Part shown: positions 9,177-18,901 of the stretch, piece by piece | Layout: each line of letters opens with the position of its first letter | Numbering within the stretch: position 1 is the stretch's first letter | Source: Candidatus Dojkabacteria bacterium | GTDB lineage: Bacteria; Patescibacteriota; Dojkabacteria; J137 | Assembly (NCBI GenBank): GCA_025993875.1 | Contig: JAMQHH010000014.1 | Location: 8,009-72,008, forward strand | Reading direction: 5' to 3' | Length of the DNA: 64,000 nt | Notes under the pieces: model-generated | Told to the model about the DNA's origin: nothing | Database searches by the model: none | Seen by the model: the letters and a program-made list of their open reading frames with translations, nothing else | Program-made: the position numbers and the translations under genes

Positions 9177-9248
9177 GCAGATGTAGTTCAATGGTAGAAT
9201 GCTTCCTTCCCAAGGAAGAGGTTGCGAGTTCGATCCTCGTCATCTGCT
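9177..9248 (+). tRNA. tRNA-Gly (anticodon CCC)
   Basis: Cloverleaf folded by hand: acceptor GCAGATG/CATCTGC, D-arm GTTC-AATGGTA-GAAT, anticodon stem CTTCC/GGAAG with loop TTCCCAA (CCC), variable AGGTT, T-arm GCGAG-TTCGATC-CTCGT, discriminator T. No CCA is encoded. Confidence 0.85.
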
Positions 9249-9343
9249 AACAGATCTTCGCATTTGTGTTCAATTGGAAGAATGTCTCGAAGCCATAGCT
9301 TGGCATCTAGTCCCTCTGAGGAGGTTGATCCTGCCCGTAGGTA

Positions 9344-9853
9344 TTACGCGAGATTTTTTTTTGCTATTTTAAGCGCTTCACCTTCCAAAGCTACAACGTA
9401 TATTTTCTCATCTTTTGCAAGAATTTTAATAACTGTTTTAAGAAAAAGTTTTGCTTTGCTAAACTTGCGCGGAAGAATAAGAGCAATCCCTTTTGGAGAA
9501 ATACCTTTTAGCTTTTTTAACTTTATTTTTGCCAGGTTAATTATTCTAATATCCGGAATAAATGCAATACCTCTAGACAGATTGATAATGGTAAAAACAC
9601 TTGCGTCGATAAGATTTGTTTTCCTGGAATCGTTAACTATAATTTCCTCACATGCCTTTTGTATTTGGAAAACAATGGAGTAGTTTGATATTTTTATTCT
9701 CTCCAAAAGATATATCATAACTATATAATAAGAGCTGCTTAGACCGTTTTGGCACAACACTATTTTGAAGTAAAAAGCTTTCTCTTGTAAAAATTTTTTG
9801 TAACCCGACTTTAATAGTTTCTCCTCCTCTATTAAATCCTTGTATCGCAGCAT
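9344..9853 (-). CDS. Hypothetical protein
   Basis: 169 aa ORF immediately 3' of tRNA-Gly. No recognisable motif. Confidence 0.35.
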   Translation of the reverse strand: MLRYKDLIEEEKLLKSGYKKFLQEKAFYFKIVLCQNGLSSSYYIVMIYLLERIKISNYSIVFQIQKACEEIIVNDSRKTNLIDASVFTIINLSRGIAFIPDIRIINLAKIKLKKLKGISPKGIALILPRKFSKAKLFLKTVIKILAKDEKIYVVALEGEALKIAKKNLA

Positions 9854-10073
9854 AGAGTTTATTTAACAATGACACTGTATCCACTTTAAACTGACAGATA
9901 AGTTTAATTGTTTTCAATCACAAATGCAATTCCCTGTTTACTTTTATACATTTTAAAAATTTTTAATGTTGTCAATTAATGCCGTTTTCAGTTTTTTTTG
10001 ACACTGTAATATGTTGTTGATAGCATTTTTTATGCAGGGCCCTAGCAGTAAATAATATGCTTTCGAAAGGAGC

Positions 10074-11054
10074 ATGTTTTCTATATCTTATATAAAAAAT
10101 ATGTCTAAAAGAAAAAGGATACTATCAGTTGCTGTCCTTGCATTTGTTTTGGCAGTCACTGGACCTTTAAGTGCGGTTTATGCAACCTTTAGTACATATC
10201 TGCTTTTACCATATTACTACCCAACATGGAGAAGTATGTTAAGGCACGATATCGAACAAGGTGGGGCCGATGTCACTGATTATTTATCTCTATCACTAAG
10301 GCAGATCAATAAAATCTGTACAGTTGAGCAACCTCAATCGCACCCAATAGATAGAGACAGAGTAATGAAGTTTCTTAACTACTTTAGAATTAGACTTACG
10401 CCAGAGGATACTAACAATTGCTACAGTTCGAGTGAAATTTACCTTGGGCAAAGTCATTACTTTGACCAGCAAGGTCTTTTAGATGCAGATGCCAGAGGGG
10501 ATTTAAGAGTCTTTAAGCCTGGAAAAGAGATAACAACAAGGTTAAGATTCTCCGACTCTTATGCTTCGGGTCAGGGAAAAGGCAATGTAGGTTTGGTAGG
10601 ACAGGGGTGGGAATTTACTACATATCCAATGCCAGATGGTACTGAGCTAACAGTGCCTAATTATGTAATTATTGGGATATCTTATGTTTACGAAATGGAA
10701 GCAGGCGGTTTTTCTTTGCCTAGTGGTGTTTACACAGTTGTAGGTGATTTTTCAACTGGTTTTTTTGATATTTATCCGATTAACCAGCAAATAGGTGATA
10801 TAACGAGTTGGCATAATTACGCAACAAAGTGGCACGAGGGAAATATAATTGAATTCTTTGTGGATGGCACTCTTGTTAGAACTGTAGATGCTTCTTCACC
10901 AGCCTCAATGAGAACAGGAGGTGCACCTTTGCATGTTGGAGCATGGCTTGATAATAATGATTTTTCTGCAGGATTTAGTATTCAGGGAACAGGTTGGCCG
11001 TTAACAGAGGAACAGTATATGGATATTCAGTTTGTAAAAGTATCTGAGTTGTAG
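10074..11054 (+). CDS. Secreted protein with a C-terminal GH16/concanavalin-A-like glucanase/lectin-fold signature
   Basis: 326 aa. The N-terminal signal/TM segment is ILSVAVLAFVLAVTGPLSAVYA. The C-terminal block WHNYATKWHEGNIIEFFVDGTLVRTV resembles the GH16 beta-strand W..Y...W....I.FYVDG.LVRT. A strong SD (AAAGGAG) precedes the ATG. Local GC is visibly higher (about 40% or more) than the flanks. Confidence 0.45.
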   Translation: MFSISYIKNMSKRKRILSVAVLAFVLAVTGPLSAVYATFSTYLLLPYYYPTWRSMLRHDIEQGGADVTDYLSLSLRQINKICTVEQPQSHPIDRDRVMKFLNYFRIRLTPEDTNNCYSSSEIYLGQSHYFDQQGLLDADARGDLRVFKPGKEITTRLRFSDSYASGQGKGNVGLVGQGWEFTTYPMPDGTELTVPNYVIIGISYVYEMEAGGFSLPSGVYTVVGDFSTGFFDIYPINQQIGDITSWHNYATKWHEGNIIEFFVDGTLVRTVDASSPASMRTGGAPLHVGAWLDNNDFSAGFSIQGTGWPLTEEQYMDIQFVKVSEL

Positions 11055-11143
11055 TAACATTCTGCAGTAACTCTTAGATACATATATAACCGGTATAGGT
11101 AATGTAGCTTAGGTTACAGCTTATATCGGTTATTTTTTTTGCT

Positions 11144-11824
11144 ATGTCAAATGGAAGTAGTCAACAACCAATGCAACCCGCAGACTATGATAGGAATTTT
11201 AACGATGATCGCCAATATAAAGCACTTTTAGAAAGAGTAAAAACTTCTACCTATGACAACCCTCACAGAATAGTTTTTTTTATTGAGGATAGTGTTAAGC
11301 AATTTCAGGAAAGATTAGACACTACAGCAAAAACAATATCAGGTAGTTTTGAAAATTCGACTAAATTGGCACTTCTACCATTCCAACAAACAAGTAACGA
11401 AATTACTACAATAACTGATTTGAAAGCATTTGCTAGATTTCTTAAATATTACATAGCTTTAAAAAATAGCTTTGGTGAGTCAGTAACTTTTGAGCTTATC
11501 TCCGACCAGGATTTAGGGGGATTTCCTGGCAATTCAGTCATAAGCCAAGGATTTGTAAGTATGTGGACTCATTTATTAAGTCCTGATAATAACTATCTAA
11601 CTTCCGAAGAAATTAAAGCACTTAGTGATTTATTTGAAATCAATTTAATCCTCTATTCAAAGCAAGCTCCCGCAACAGATAGTCAATACTCAAACTTAAG
11701 TGGGGTAAATTATAAAGGAGTTGTTATTAAAACGCCAAATTCGCCAGGTGATGCAACTAAAATAACTAATTTGTTTACTACAATAAATAAAGGGAGAGAA
11801 GGAGAAGGTCCAACAGAAGCTTAA
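11144..11824 (+). CDS. Hypothetical protein
   Basis: 226 aa. No recognisable motif. Co-directional with the upstream GH16-like gene. Confidence 0.4.
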   Translation: MSNGSSQQPMQPADYDRNFNDDRQYKALLERVKTSTYDNPHRIVFFIEDSVKQFQERLDTTAKTISGSFENSTKLALLPFQQTSNEITTITDLKAFARFLKYYIALKNSFGESVTFELISDQDLGGFPGNSVISQGFVSMWTHLLSPDNNYLTSEEIKALSDLFEINLILYSKQAPATDSQYSNLSGVNYKGVVIKTPNSPGDATKITNLFTTINKGREGEGPTEA

Positions 11825-11909
11825 AGGCAAAAATGCCTTTTGTCAAAATTTCGGTAGTAAAAACTTTTGCCTTTTTATGCGTTATAATGGCAAGTAGTTA
11901 GAAAATTCT

Positions 11910-14900
11910 ATGTCTCTCTTTTTAGAAAAGTATAATAAATTAAACAAAGTACAAAAAGAAGCAGTTAATTCTATTTACGGTCCTATTTTAGTTTTAGCGG
12001 GTCCAGGCACAGGTAAAACTGAGATACTATCACTTCGAATTGCAAATATTCTAGAGAAGACTGATGCCAATCCCGAAAACATTTTGTGTATAACATACAC
12101 CGATGTTGGGGCTACCAACATGAGGGAGAGATTAAAAAAATATATCGGTAATTTAGCTTATAAGGTAAATATATTTACCTTTCACGCTCTTTGCAACGAG
12201 ATAATTATTAATAATCCAGAATATTTTGCCGAAAGAAGAGCGTTAACTCAAATTTCGGATATTCAAAAACAAAAAATTTTAAGAACAATATTAGACCAGT
12301 ATGATCGGGAAAAGGAGAAACGTCCATTGGTTCTTTTTAACGATAAGTACAAATATGCAAAAGAAATTTTAGAGCAAATTGGAATTTTAAAAAAAGAAGA
12401 TATTTTACCCGAGGAATTTCTAAAAAAATCACAGCAGCTTTTAGAGGAACATCTAATGGTTCCCAAAATAAATAAAAAAACACAAAGACCAACAGTCGAC
12501 TGGCAAACAAAAACGGACAAACTTCAAAAAATGTGCGATCTAGCCGAAGTTTATCAAAATTACTCGCTTGAACTAAAAAAGAACGGTCTTTACGATTACG
12601 ATGATATGATTTTACAAACAATAAAAGCCTTACAGGAAAACGAAGCACTTTTGGCAAAATATCAGGAACTTTTTCAATTTACATTAATTGACGAATTTCA
12701 GGATACCAATGGGTCTCAGTTTAAAGTAATTGAACTTTTAACCTCTTTTGATAACTCTCCAAATTTATTTGCGGTGGGGGACGATGACCAATCTATCTTT
12801 CGATTTCAGGGTGCTAATCTTTCTAACATTATTAACTTTACTCAAAAGTTTCCAGGTACAAAAACTATTACCGTAACAACAAATTACAGGTCAAATCAAA
12901 GTATTCTTAATTTGGCAGACTCACTTATTTCTAACAATACCGAAAGAATATCGGTAAAAAATAAAGAGGTAAACAAAAAGCTTGTTAAAGGGGTATTAGA
13001 TCTTCCCGAAATTAAACCTAAACTTATTGAATTTGAAAATCAGGATTTAGAATACATATATTTAATAGATAGTGTAAAAGATCTTATTAATAGTGGCGAG
13101 GATCCCGAAGACATTGCCGTTTTATTTTCAAAAAATGTTACAGGAGAGGAAATAGCTGAACTTTTTATAAAATCAAAGATACCGGTAAAACTTAATTCCG
13201 GAAGAAATGCCTTGGACGAGCCATTTGTAAAAACATTCTGGGAGCTGTTAAAAGCTGCTGATGGAGACCCAGTGGGTCAGAATTTAACAGTTTTTACCTT
13301 ACTATTGAACTTTTTATCTAACATCCCTGCCGATGATTTTTATAAACTTTCGGTGGATTATAAAAAAGAAAAAACTTTTAACAGAGAATACAAAGATTTG
13401 GGTTTTATGGAATATCTTTTAAATCCGAAAACATACGAAAAGCTCGATATCAATACAGGAGAATCCATAATTGAATTTTTGAACAAAATAAAAAAATGGC
13501 ATATTAGTTCTTTTAGCCAAAACATTTTGCTTTTAATCCAGGAGATTTTAGAGGATACAGGCTACATTGAGAAGTTTGTAGAAAAAAATAAAGATAATGC
13601 AATAGAGCCTGTAAATTCTTTTCTTTCCTTTTTTGATTATGTAAAGACCCAGGTAAAGGCAATGCCCGATCTAAAGCTTGCCGAATTCTTAAACGAGGTT
13701 AACTTAATGAACGAAACTAAAATCGTTGTACCCGAAAAGGAGCTTAAAACAGACCAAAAGGGAGTAACACTGTCTACTGTACATAGTGCCAAAGGGCTGG
13801 AATTTAAGTATGTATTTTTTGTAGATTTAACAAATAAAGAGTGGGGTGCCATTAAAAAAAGTAATCATTTAGCTATTCCTCCCGAACTTGTATTTAACTC
13901 GAATGCTCTTCCCTCTCGAGAAAGCCAAATTGAAGATAGAAGAAGACTTTTTTTTGTTGCAGTTACACGGGCAAAGCAATATTTAACTCTTATGTATCCG
14001 CTTAAATATTCTGATTCCGAAAAAGAAAAAGAGGAAGTTTCGAGCTTTATAGGCGAAATAGATAAAACGCTTATTGAGGTTACAAATGTAAATACAAACA
14101 ATAAAGCTGTTACAGATTTTGCATTACTTAAATTAAAAAGTGATGCTAAAACCCGAAATGAATCTAAATTTTTAAAACAGATTGTAGAAAATTTTGAACT
14201 TAGTCCTACAAACTTAAACTCGTATATAACTTGTCCGCTGGAATTTAAATACAACTACCTTGTAAAGGTGCCATCTGTTTCTAATCAGGCTACTGCCCTT
14301 GGCACAGCGATACACTCGGCGCTGGAAAAATGGAATAGAAATATAATGGAAAGTAAACCTACCTCGTTTGAGGAACTGGTTAGCCAGTTTAAATTAAAAG
14401 TGAGTAAAGAAATTATCCCTATAGCGATGCAAGATAGCGTTTTAAAGGAAGGCATAAAACTATTGCAAGGATATTTTGATTACTATAAAGGCATTAGCCG
14501 TAAGCCTGTTAAAGTAGAATATAATTTTTCGCAAAGAAATATTTATTTCCCTCTATCGAATGGGGAAAATATTAAGCTTACCGGTAAAATTGATTGTATC
14601 GATTTAATTGATAAAAATACAATAAGTTTAATAGATTATAAGGTTTCTTCTCCCAAATATCCCAAGCTTATTATGGGCAACCCGCCTTATTGGGAAAATA
14701 ATTACCGCCAGCTTTTATTTTACAAATTGCTTATCGATTTAGATACAACTTTTTTTGTTGATAGATCGTTAACTAAACCCGGCGTTTTGGAAGTTATTTT
14801 AAATTATGTTAAGCCTCAAAAACAAAAGTACATACAAAGAGCTTTTGTAATAACAAGTGACGAAACCGATGCCTTTAAGTCTTTAATAAATAAGGTTACT

Positions 14901-14987
14901 TTGAATATAAAAAACCTCGAATTTTACGGGACGAATGAGTTTCCTCTTTGCAAAAAATGTAAATGGTGTCAATTAAACTTGGCATAG
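11910..14987 (+). CDS. UvrD/PcrA-family SF1 helicase fused to a C-terminal PD-(D/E)XK nuclease with Cas4/AddB-like Fe-S cysteines
   Basis: 1025 aa. Walker A LVLAGPGTGKTE, motif III LIDEFQDTNGSQ, motif IV TTNYRSNQSIL, motif V/VI STVHSAKGLEFKYVFF and RRRLFFVAVTRAK are all present. C-terminal nuclease motifs are IDCIDLI...IDYKVS (D..D/ExK) and QLLFYKLL (QxxxY). The Cys quartet is CPLEF (N-terminal of the nuclease domain) plus CKKCKWC at the extreme C-terminus. Confidence 0.8.
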   Translation: MSLFLEKYNKLNKVQKEAVNSIYGPILVLAGPGTGKTEILSLRIANILEKTDANPENILCITYTDVGATNMRERLKKYIGNLAYKVNIFTFHALCNEIIINNPEYFAERRALTQISDIQKQKILRTILDQYDREKEKRPLVLFNDKYKYAKEILEQIGILKKEDILPEEFLKKSQQLLEEHLMVPKINKKTQRPTVDWQTKTDKLQKMCDLAEVYQNYSLELKKNGLYDYDDMILQTIKALQENEALLAKYQELFQFTLIDEFQDTNGSQFKVIELLTSFDNSPNLFAVGDDDQSIFRFQGANLSNIINFTQKFPGTKTITVTTNYRSNQSILNLADSLISNNTERISVKNKEVNKKLVKGVLDLPEIKPKLIEFENQDLEYIYLIDSVKDLINSGEDPEDIAVLFSKNVTGEEIAELFIKSKIPVKLNSGRNALDEPFVKTFWELLKAADGDPVGQNLTVFTLLLNFLSNIPADDFYKLSVDYKKEKTFNREYKDLGFMEYLLNPKTYEKLDINTGESIIEFLNKIKKWHISSFSQNILLLIQEILEDTGYIEKFVEKNKDNAIEPVNSFLSFFDYVKTQVKAMPDLKLAEFLNEVNLMNETKIVVPEKELKTDQKGVTLSTVHSAKGLEFKYVFFVDLTNKEWGAIKKSNHLAIPPELVFNSNALPSRESQIEDRRRLFFVAVTRAKQYLTLMYPLKYSDSEKEKEEVSSFIGEIDKTLIEVTNVNTNNKAVTDFALLKLKSDAKTRNESKFLKQIVENFELSPTNLNSYITCPLEFKYNYLVKVPSVSNQATALGTAIHSALEKWNRNIMESKPTSFEELVSQFKLKVSKEIIPIAMQDSVLKEGIKLLQGYFDYYKGISRKPVKVEYNFSQRNIYFPLSNGENIKLTGKIDCIDLIDKNTISLIDYKVSSPKYPKLIMGNPPYWENNYRQLLFYKLLIDLDTTFFVDRSLTKPGVLEVILNYVKPQKQKYIQRAFVITSDETDAFKSLINKVTLNIKNLEFYGTNEFPLCKKCKWCQLNLA

Positions 14988-15132
14988 CCTTTTTCTTTTT
15001 TTAGATATTATTTAGCTATAAACCTTTTAGAGACAAATTTTGACAACTGAACTTAGACTAATGCTGCCATAATACGATGACAAATCTCTGATTTTGTTAT
15101 ATAATAGTGATATCAATTATTAATAACAAAAT

Positions 15133-15966
15133 ATGTGGGATAGAAAATTAGGTGGCCTTGAGTGTGAAACTTATCGCAAAATAACGATTCCTACAATAGA
15201 AGAGGCAAAAGACACTTTTAAGAGTATAAAGGATGAATGGAGGCCAAAATATAGTTACGACCCTGATGCATTAAAAACAATATGGAGAGAGGTTGAGAGT
15301 GCCTATGGTGTTGTTGTTTCGGAAGGCGATACAGATAAATTGCCTAGTTCTGAAACCTCACGAGGATTTAACCAACTGACAAACCAGGAACTAAATGATC
15401 TTCTTATCGACATTGCAATAGTTAAAGCAGAAATTGATAGGGCGATTGAGGATAAAGATACATTTGACTTATTTGCAGTTGCAAATGCTATTCATAGAAG
15501 ATGGGTTGAAAGTAATAGTAAAGAAGTATTTAACGTTAATCAAGGTGAATTAACTGATTCTGATTCTGAAAAACATAACCCTAAGATCGTTTATCAGGAA
15601 ACGAATAACAGTTACCAATTTTATATTTATGTTGAGTTTGAGGGCAACTTTAGAGAGGTTTATGTAGGTTCGGGAGAGAGTTTAGAACCAATTCCACAAG
15701 CTGTAATAGAAAAAGCTAAAAAAAGACAAGCCCAAATGGTAGATTTTGCAAGATTAAGTAAAAAAGATAAATTGTTCGATTTAATAAGAGGCTTAAGCAT
15801 ACATGCGAATATTAAGCGAAATTCAAGTCGTTTTAATAATGGTGTCATTAATACTATTTGTCGCGTACGCGGAATAGAAGAATATCAGAGATTGTTTCTC
15901 GAAGTCTGTCGTACAAAACCTAAGGAAAAAGAGGGAGCGGGAATATATGATAGCAGAGAAGCTTAA
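15133..15966 (+). CDS. Hypothetical protein
   Basis: 277 aa. No recognisable motif. Sits 145 nt downstream of the helicase-nuclease. Confidence 0.4.
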   Translation: MWDRKLGGLECETYRKITIPTIEEAKDTFKSIKDEWRPKYSYDPDALKTIWREVESAYGVVVSEGDTDKLPSSETSRGFNQLTNQELNDLLIDIAIVKAEIDRAIEDKDTFDLFAVANAIHRRWVESNSKEVFNVNQGELTDSDSEKHNPKIVYQETNNSYQFYIYVEFEGNFREVYVGSGESLEPIPQAVIEKAKKRQAQMVDFARLSKKDKLFDLIRGLSIHANIKRNSSRFNNGVINTICRVRGIEEYQRLFLEVCRTKPKEKEGAGIYDSREA

Positions 15967-15972
15967 GTTAAA

Positions 15973-16968
15973 CTATTCTAAAAAATCCTTTAAAAGAGAA
16001 TTAAAAATCTCTGGCTGTTCTTCCATGGGTAAATGCCCTGCCTCCCTAATAATTTTAAAAACGCTTTTACTAAATCTGGTATTTAGTTCCATTGCTTCAC
16101 GAAGTTTTATCCACTGGTCGTTTTCACCCCAAATTAAAAGTATATTTTTATCTAGTGCTTTTAAATCAAAATTAATCTTATTTAAATAACTATCTCTTGC
16201 CATTCCAATAAGGGCAAGATCCCAGTTTTTAATCTCAAAGGGCAGGTAGTAACCATCAAAATCGGCCTTTGTTAGCTTTTGAACATCAAAATATGCTATT
16301 TTTAAAAGTTCTTCAAATTTAGTGTAACTAAAAATCCTTGTAAAAATCTGCCTCTCAATCTGCCTAAAAAAGTAAAAATCGAAAAGGAAAGAGGCGTTAA
16401 AGCTGTTATTTTCGGAAACAGCAGGTGCAACAAGCACAATTTTTTCGATCGAATCGGGATATTTACTTGCAAAATGCAATACAACGCTGCCTCCCATACT
16501 ATGCCCTACCAAGGTAGCCTTTGAAACTTCGAGCTTTTGCATAATGTTATACAAAAATTCAGCCTGTGAGGTGTGCGAATAATCGGTATCCCAGAGCTTA
16601 TCAGTTAACCCAAAGCCCTTCAGATCTAAAGCTATAATATAATGACCCGCGTCGGCCAGCGGTTTTAAGTTTTTACGCCAAGTAAAGGTACTTCCCCCAA
16701 ATCCGTGAACAAAAATTATTGCCGGATTTGCTTTATCTCCAAGCACCTGAACAAATGCGTTAACATTATCAATCTGCAGGAATTCACCAAATACCGGTTT
16801 TGTGTCGGCTCCACTACCATATCGGGAAGCAGGAAGGGTAATAAAAGTTGGAAGTATTAAAACTAGAAAGGCAATTACACCAAAAGTTATAATAACCCTT
16901 TTTTTCTTATACCATAAGTCTTTTAGCCTGACAATCGGATTTATTATACGAAAATGAATTTTCATCAA
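15973..16968 (-). CDS. Alpha/beta-fold hydrolase (membrane-anchored)
   Basis: 331 aa. N-terminal TM helix, HGFGGS oxyanion region, and the nucleophile elbow VGHSMGGSV. Confidence 0.75.
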   Translation of the reverse strand: MMKIHFRIINPIVRLKDLWYKKKRVIITFGVIAFLVLILPTFITLPASRYGSGADTKPVFGEFLQIDNVNAFVQVLGDKANPAIIFVHGFGGSTFTWRKNLKPLADAGHYIIALDLKGFGLTDKLWDTDYSHTSQAEFLYNIMQKLEVSKATLVGHSMGGSVVLHFASKYPDSIEKIVLVAPAVSENNSFNASFLFDFYFFRQIERQIFTRIFSYTKFEELLKIAYFDVQKLTKADFDGYYLPFEIKNWDLALIGMARDSYLNKINFDLKALDKNILLIWGENDQWIKLREAMELNTRFSKSVFKIIREAGHLPMEEQPEIFNSLLKDFLE

Positions 16969-17061
16969 ATAATTCTAAGCCAAAATTAAATTGGTAGCAA
17001 ATAGAACTAAGTATAAGTGAGGAAAATGGTATAATTCTTACCGGATGTAGTATTTAACACT

Positions 17062-18135
17062 ATGAAGAAAAAGGTTTTTGCCGGGTTATCAGGCGGAGTG
17101 GACAGCTCTTTGTCTGCGTTGCTTTTAAAAGAGGCGGGGTACAATGTTACCGGAGTCTTCTTAAAAAACTGGTCGGGGGACGATTACGGCATACAATCTG
17201 ACTGCCCCTGGGAAAAAGATCAACAAGATGCCGAAAATGTATGCAAGATGATTGGTATTGATTTTATGTCGTACAATTTTGAAAAAGAATACAGAACAAA
17301 AGTTGTCGAGTATTTTTTTAAAGAATATAAAAAAGGTAGAACACCAAACCCCGATGTAATGTGTAACAAGGAGATAAAATTTAAACTTTTTCTGGAAAAA
17401 GCAATGTCGGAAGGCGCAGATTTTATTGCAACCGGTCACTATGCTCAAATAAAAAAAATTGATAATAATAGAATCTCGCTTTTTAAAGGAAGTGATCCAA
17501 AAAAAGATCAAAGCTATTTTTTATACACCTTAAGAAAAGAGCAACTTAAGAAAATAATTTTTCCTGTTGGCAACCTAACAAAAGATCAGGTTAGAAAAAT
17601 TGCCGAACAAAAAAATCTTCCAACTGCCAAAAAACCCGATAGCCAGGGGATCTGTTTTATTGGAGAGATAAATGTTTTAAAATTTTTAATGTCACAGATT
17701 CCAACCAGGAAAGGCGATATTATCGATATAGATTCGGGAAAAACTGTGGGAGAACATAGTGGAGTAGAATTTTACACCATTGGCCAACGTTCAGGTTTAA
17801 AAATTGGTGGTAGTTCTTTGCCGTATTATCTTGCAAAAAAAGATATAGCCAAAAATATTTTGTATGTAGCATTAGGGAGAAATAATCCTGAACTTTTTAC
17901 ACAAGAAGTTATTTTAGAAGAGCTTTTTCTTTCCGCTCGAGATTTTTCTGAACTAAGTTCGCTTACACTATCAGCTTCGATTCGGTACAGGCAAAATCCC
18001 GCCAGGTGCAAAATTTTAAAAGAAAATAATACCGTTAAAGCTGTTTTTACCGAGCCTTTAAAAACACCATCCAGTGGGCAAAGTCTGGTTTTGTACAATA
18101 ATGACGAATGCCTAGGAGGAGGAATAATAAAATAA
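17062..18135 (+). CDS. mnmA: tRNA-specific 2-thiouridylase
   Basis: PP-loop FAGLSGGVDSSLSA and the conserved cysteines/pattern of MnmA (ATGHYA, DQSYFL). 357 aa. Confidence 0.9.
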   Translation: MKKKVFAGLSGGVDSSLSALLLKEAGYNVTGVFLKNWSGDDYGIQSDCPWEKDQQDAENVCKMIGIDFMSYNFEKEYRTKVVEYFFKEYKKGRTPNPDVMCNKEIKFKLFLEKAMSEGADFIATGHYAQIKKIDNNRISLFKGSDPKKDQSYFLYTLRKEQLKKIIFPVGNLTKDQVRKIAEQKNLPTAKKPDSQGICFIGEINVLKFLMSQIPTRKGDIIDIDSGKTVGEHSGVEFYTIGQRSGLKIGGSSLPYYLAKKDIAKNILYVALGRNNPELFTQEVILEELFLSARDFSELSSLTLSASIRYRQNPARCKILKENNTVKAVFTEPLKTPSSGQSLVLYNNDECLGGGIIK

Positions 18136-18206
18136 GGTGTCGGCGGGAATTGCACCCGCGGATAACAGTTTTGCAGACTGTCGCCTTACTACTTGGCCAC
18201 GACACC
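18136..18206 (-). tRNA. tRNA-Cys (anticodon GCA)
   Basis: Reverse complement folds as GGTGTCG-TG-GCC..., anticodon stem ACAGT/ACTGT with loop CTGCAAA (GCA), T-arm GCGGG-TGCAATT-CCCGC, acceptor 3' strand CGACACC. It abuts the mnmA stop codon and lies 2 nt from the stop of the convergent downstream gene. Confidence 0.8.
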
Positions 18207-18207
18207 A

Positions 18208-18843
18208 CTAATTATCTAAAACGAAGCCTGTATTGGTGATATATACAGTGTATTTTTGTTCTGAATCGCTTACAAATTTTCCCGCATCGCTTATTTGCCA
18301 TACATCGACTATCGAATCGTATATTCTTCCTCTTAGATTTTTATTTGAAATATCGTCAAAAAGTTCTTTCCATTCGGCATATGCGCCGTTAATAAAAAAG
18401 TTTGAACCGGATTTAGCTTCTAACTCAGATCTTTCGGGCAAATATCTGCCGTAAATTTCCCCAACTTTATATATAGTTTTAAAATTTATCAAAATAAGGC
18501 CATTATGAAATTTTATAATTGGCCCTCCTATATGCACTATTTCGCCGTAGACTTTTAGTTCTATTGTTTCACCTTTTTCTTCACTTATTTTAGTACTTGG
18601 CGATAAAAACTCGGTTAATGCCGTTGGAATATTAATGGGTGTAAACTTTACTACCGAAAATATTCCACCTTCATCAGAACTTTTGGCCGAAATTGTTATC
18701 TCTCCTACTGCCCGTTTATCTGTAAATACTCTATACGTATGTAACCAAGCAGCAAAATATCCTAAGCTAAGTATTACTATGCAGGCAACAAGAAAAAGAG
18801 CAAAAAGACCCAATGTAACTACAGCTTTAATTAATCCTTTCAT
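18208..18843 (-). CDS. Hypothetical membrane-anchored protein
   Basis: The ORF track gives 18208..18969. The more plausible start is the Met at 18843 (MKGLIKAVVTLGLFALFLVACIV, a TM helix), which avoids overlap with the divergent SpoU gene. Confidence 0.4.
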   Translation of the reverse strand: MKGLIKAVVTLGLFALFLVACIVILSLGYFAAWLHTYRVFTDKRAVGEITISAKSSDEGGIFSVVKFTPINIPTALTEFLSPSTKISEEKGETIELKVYGEIVHIGGPIIKFHNGLILINFKTIYKVGEIYGRYLPERSELEAKSGSNFFINGAYAEWKELFDDISNKNLRGRIYDSIVDVWQISDAGKFVSDSEQKYTVYITNTGFVLDN

Positions 18844-18901
18844 ACGATAATTATACCTAAAATTGCCAAAAAAGGGTGTATAATGTGGTAAAAGAAAAAC
18901 T

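Noticed and set aside
9290-9343. GGAGGTTGATCCTGCCCGTAGG resembles the 5' end of archaeal 16S rRNA (GGTTGATCCTGCC)
   Set aside because: It is only a match of about 13 nt in a 54-nt intergenic stretch, with no continuation of the 16S sequence. It is treated as coincidence.
9222-9683. 153-aa + strand ORF from the ORF track
   Set aside because: It starts inside the tRNA-Gly gene and runs antisense to the better-supported minus-strand ORF 9344..9853. It has a low-complexity S/R-rich translation and is likely spurious.
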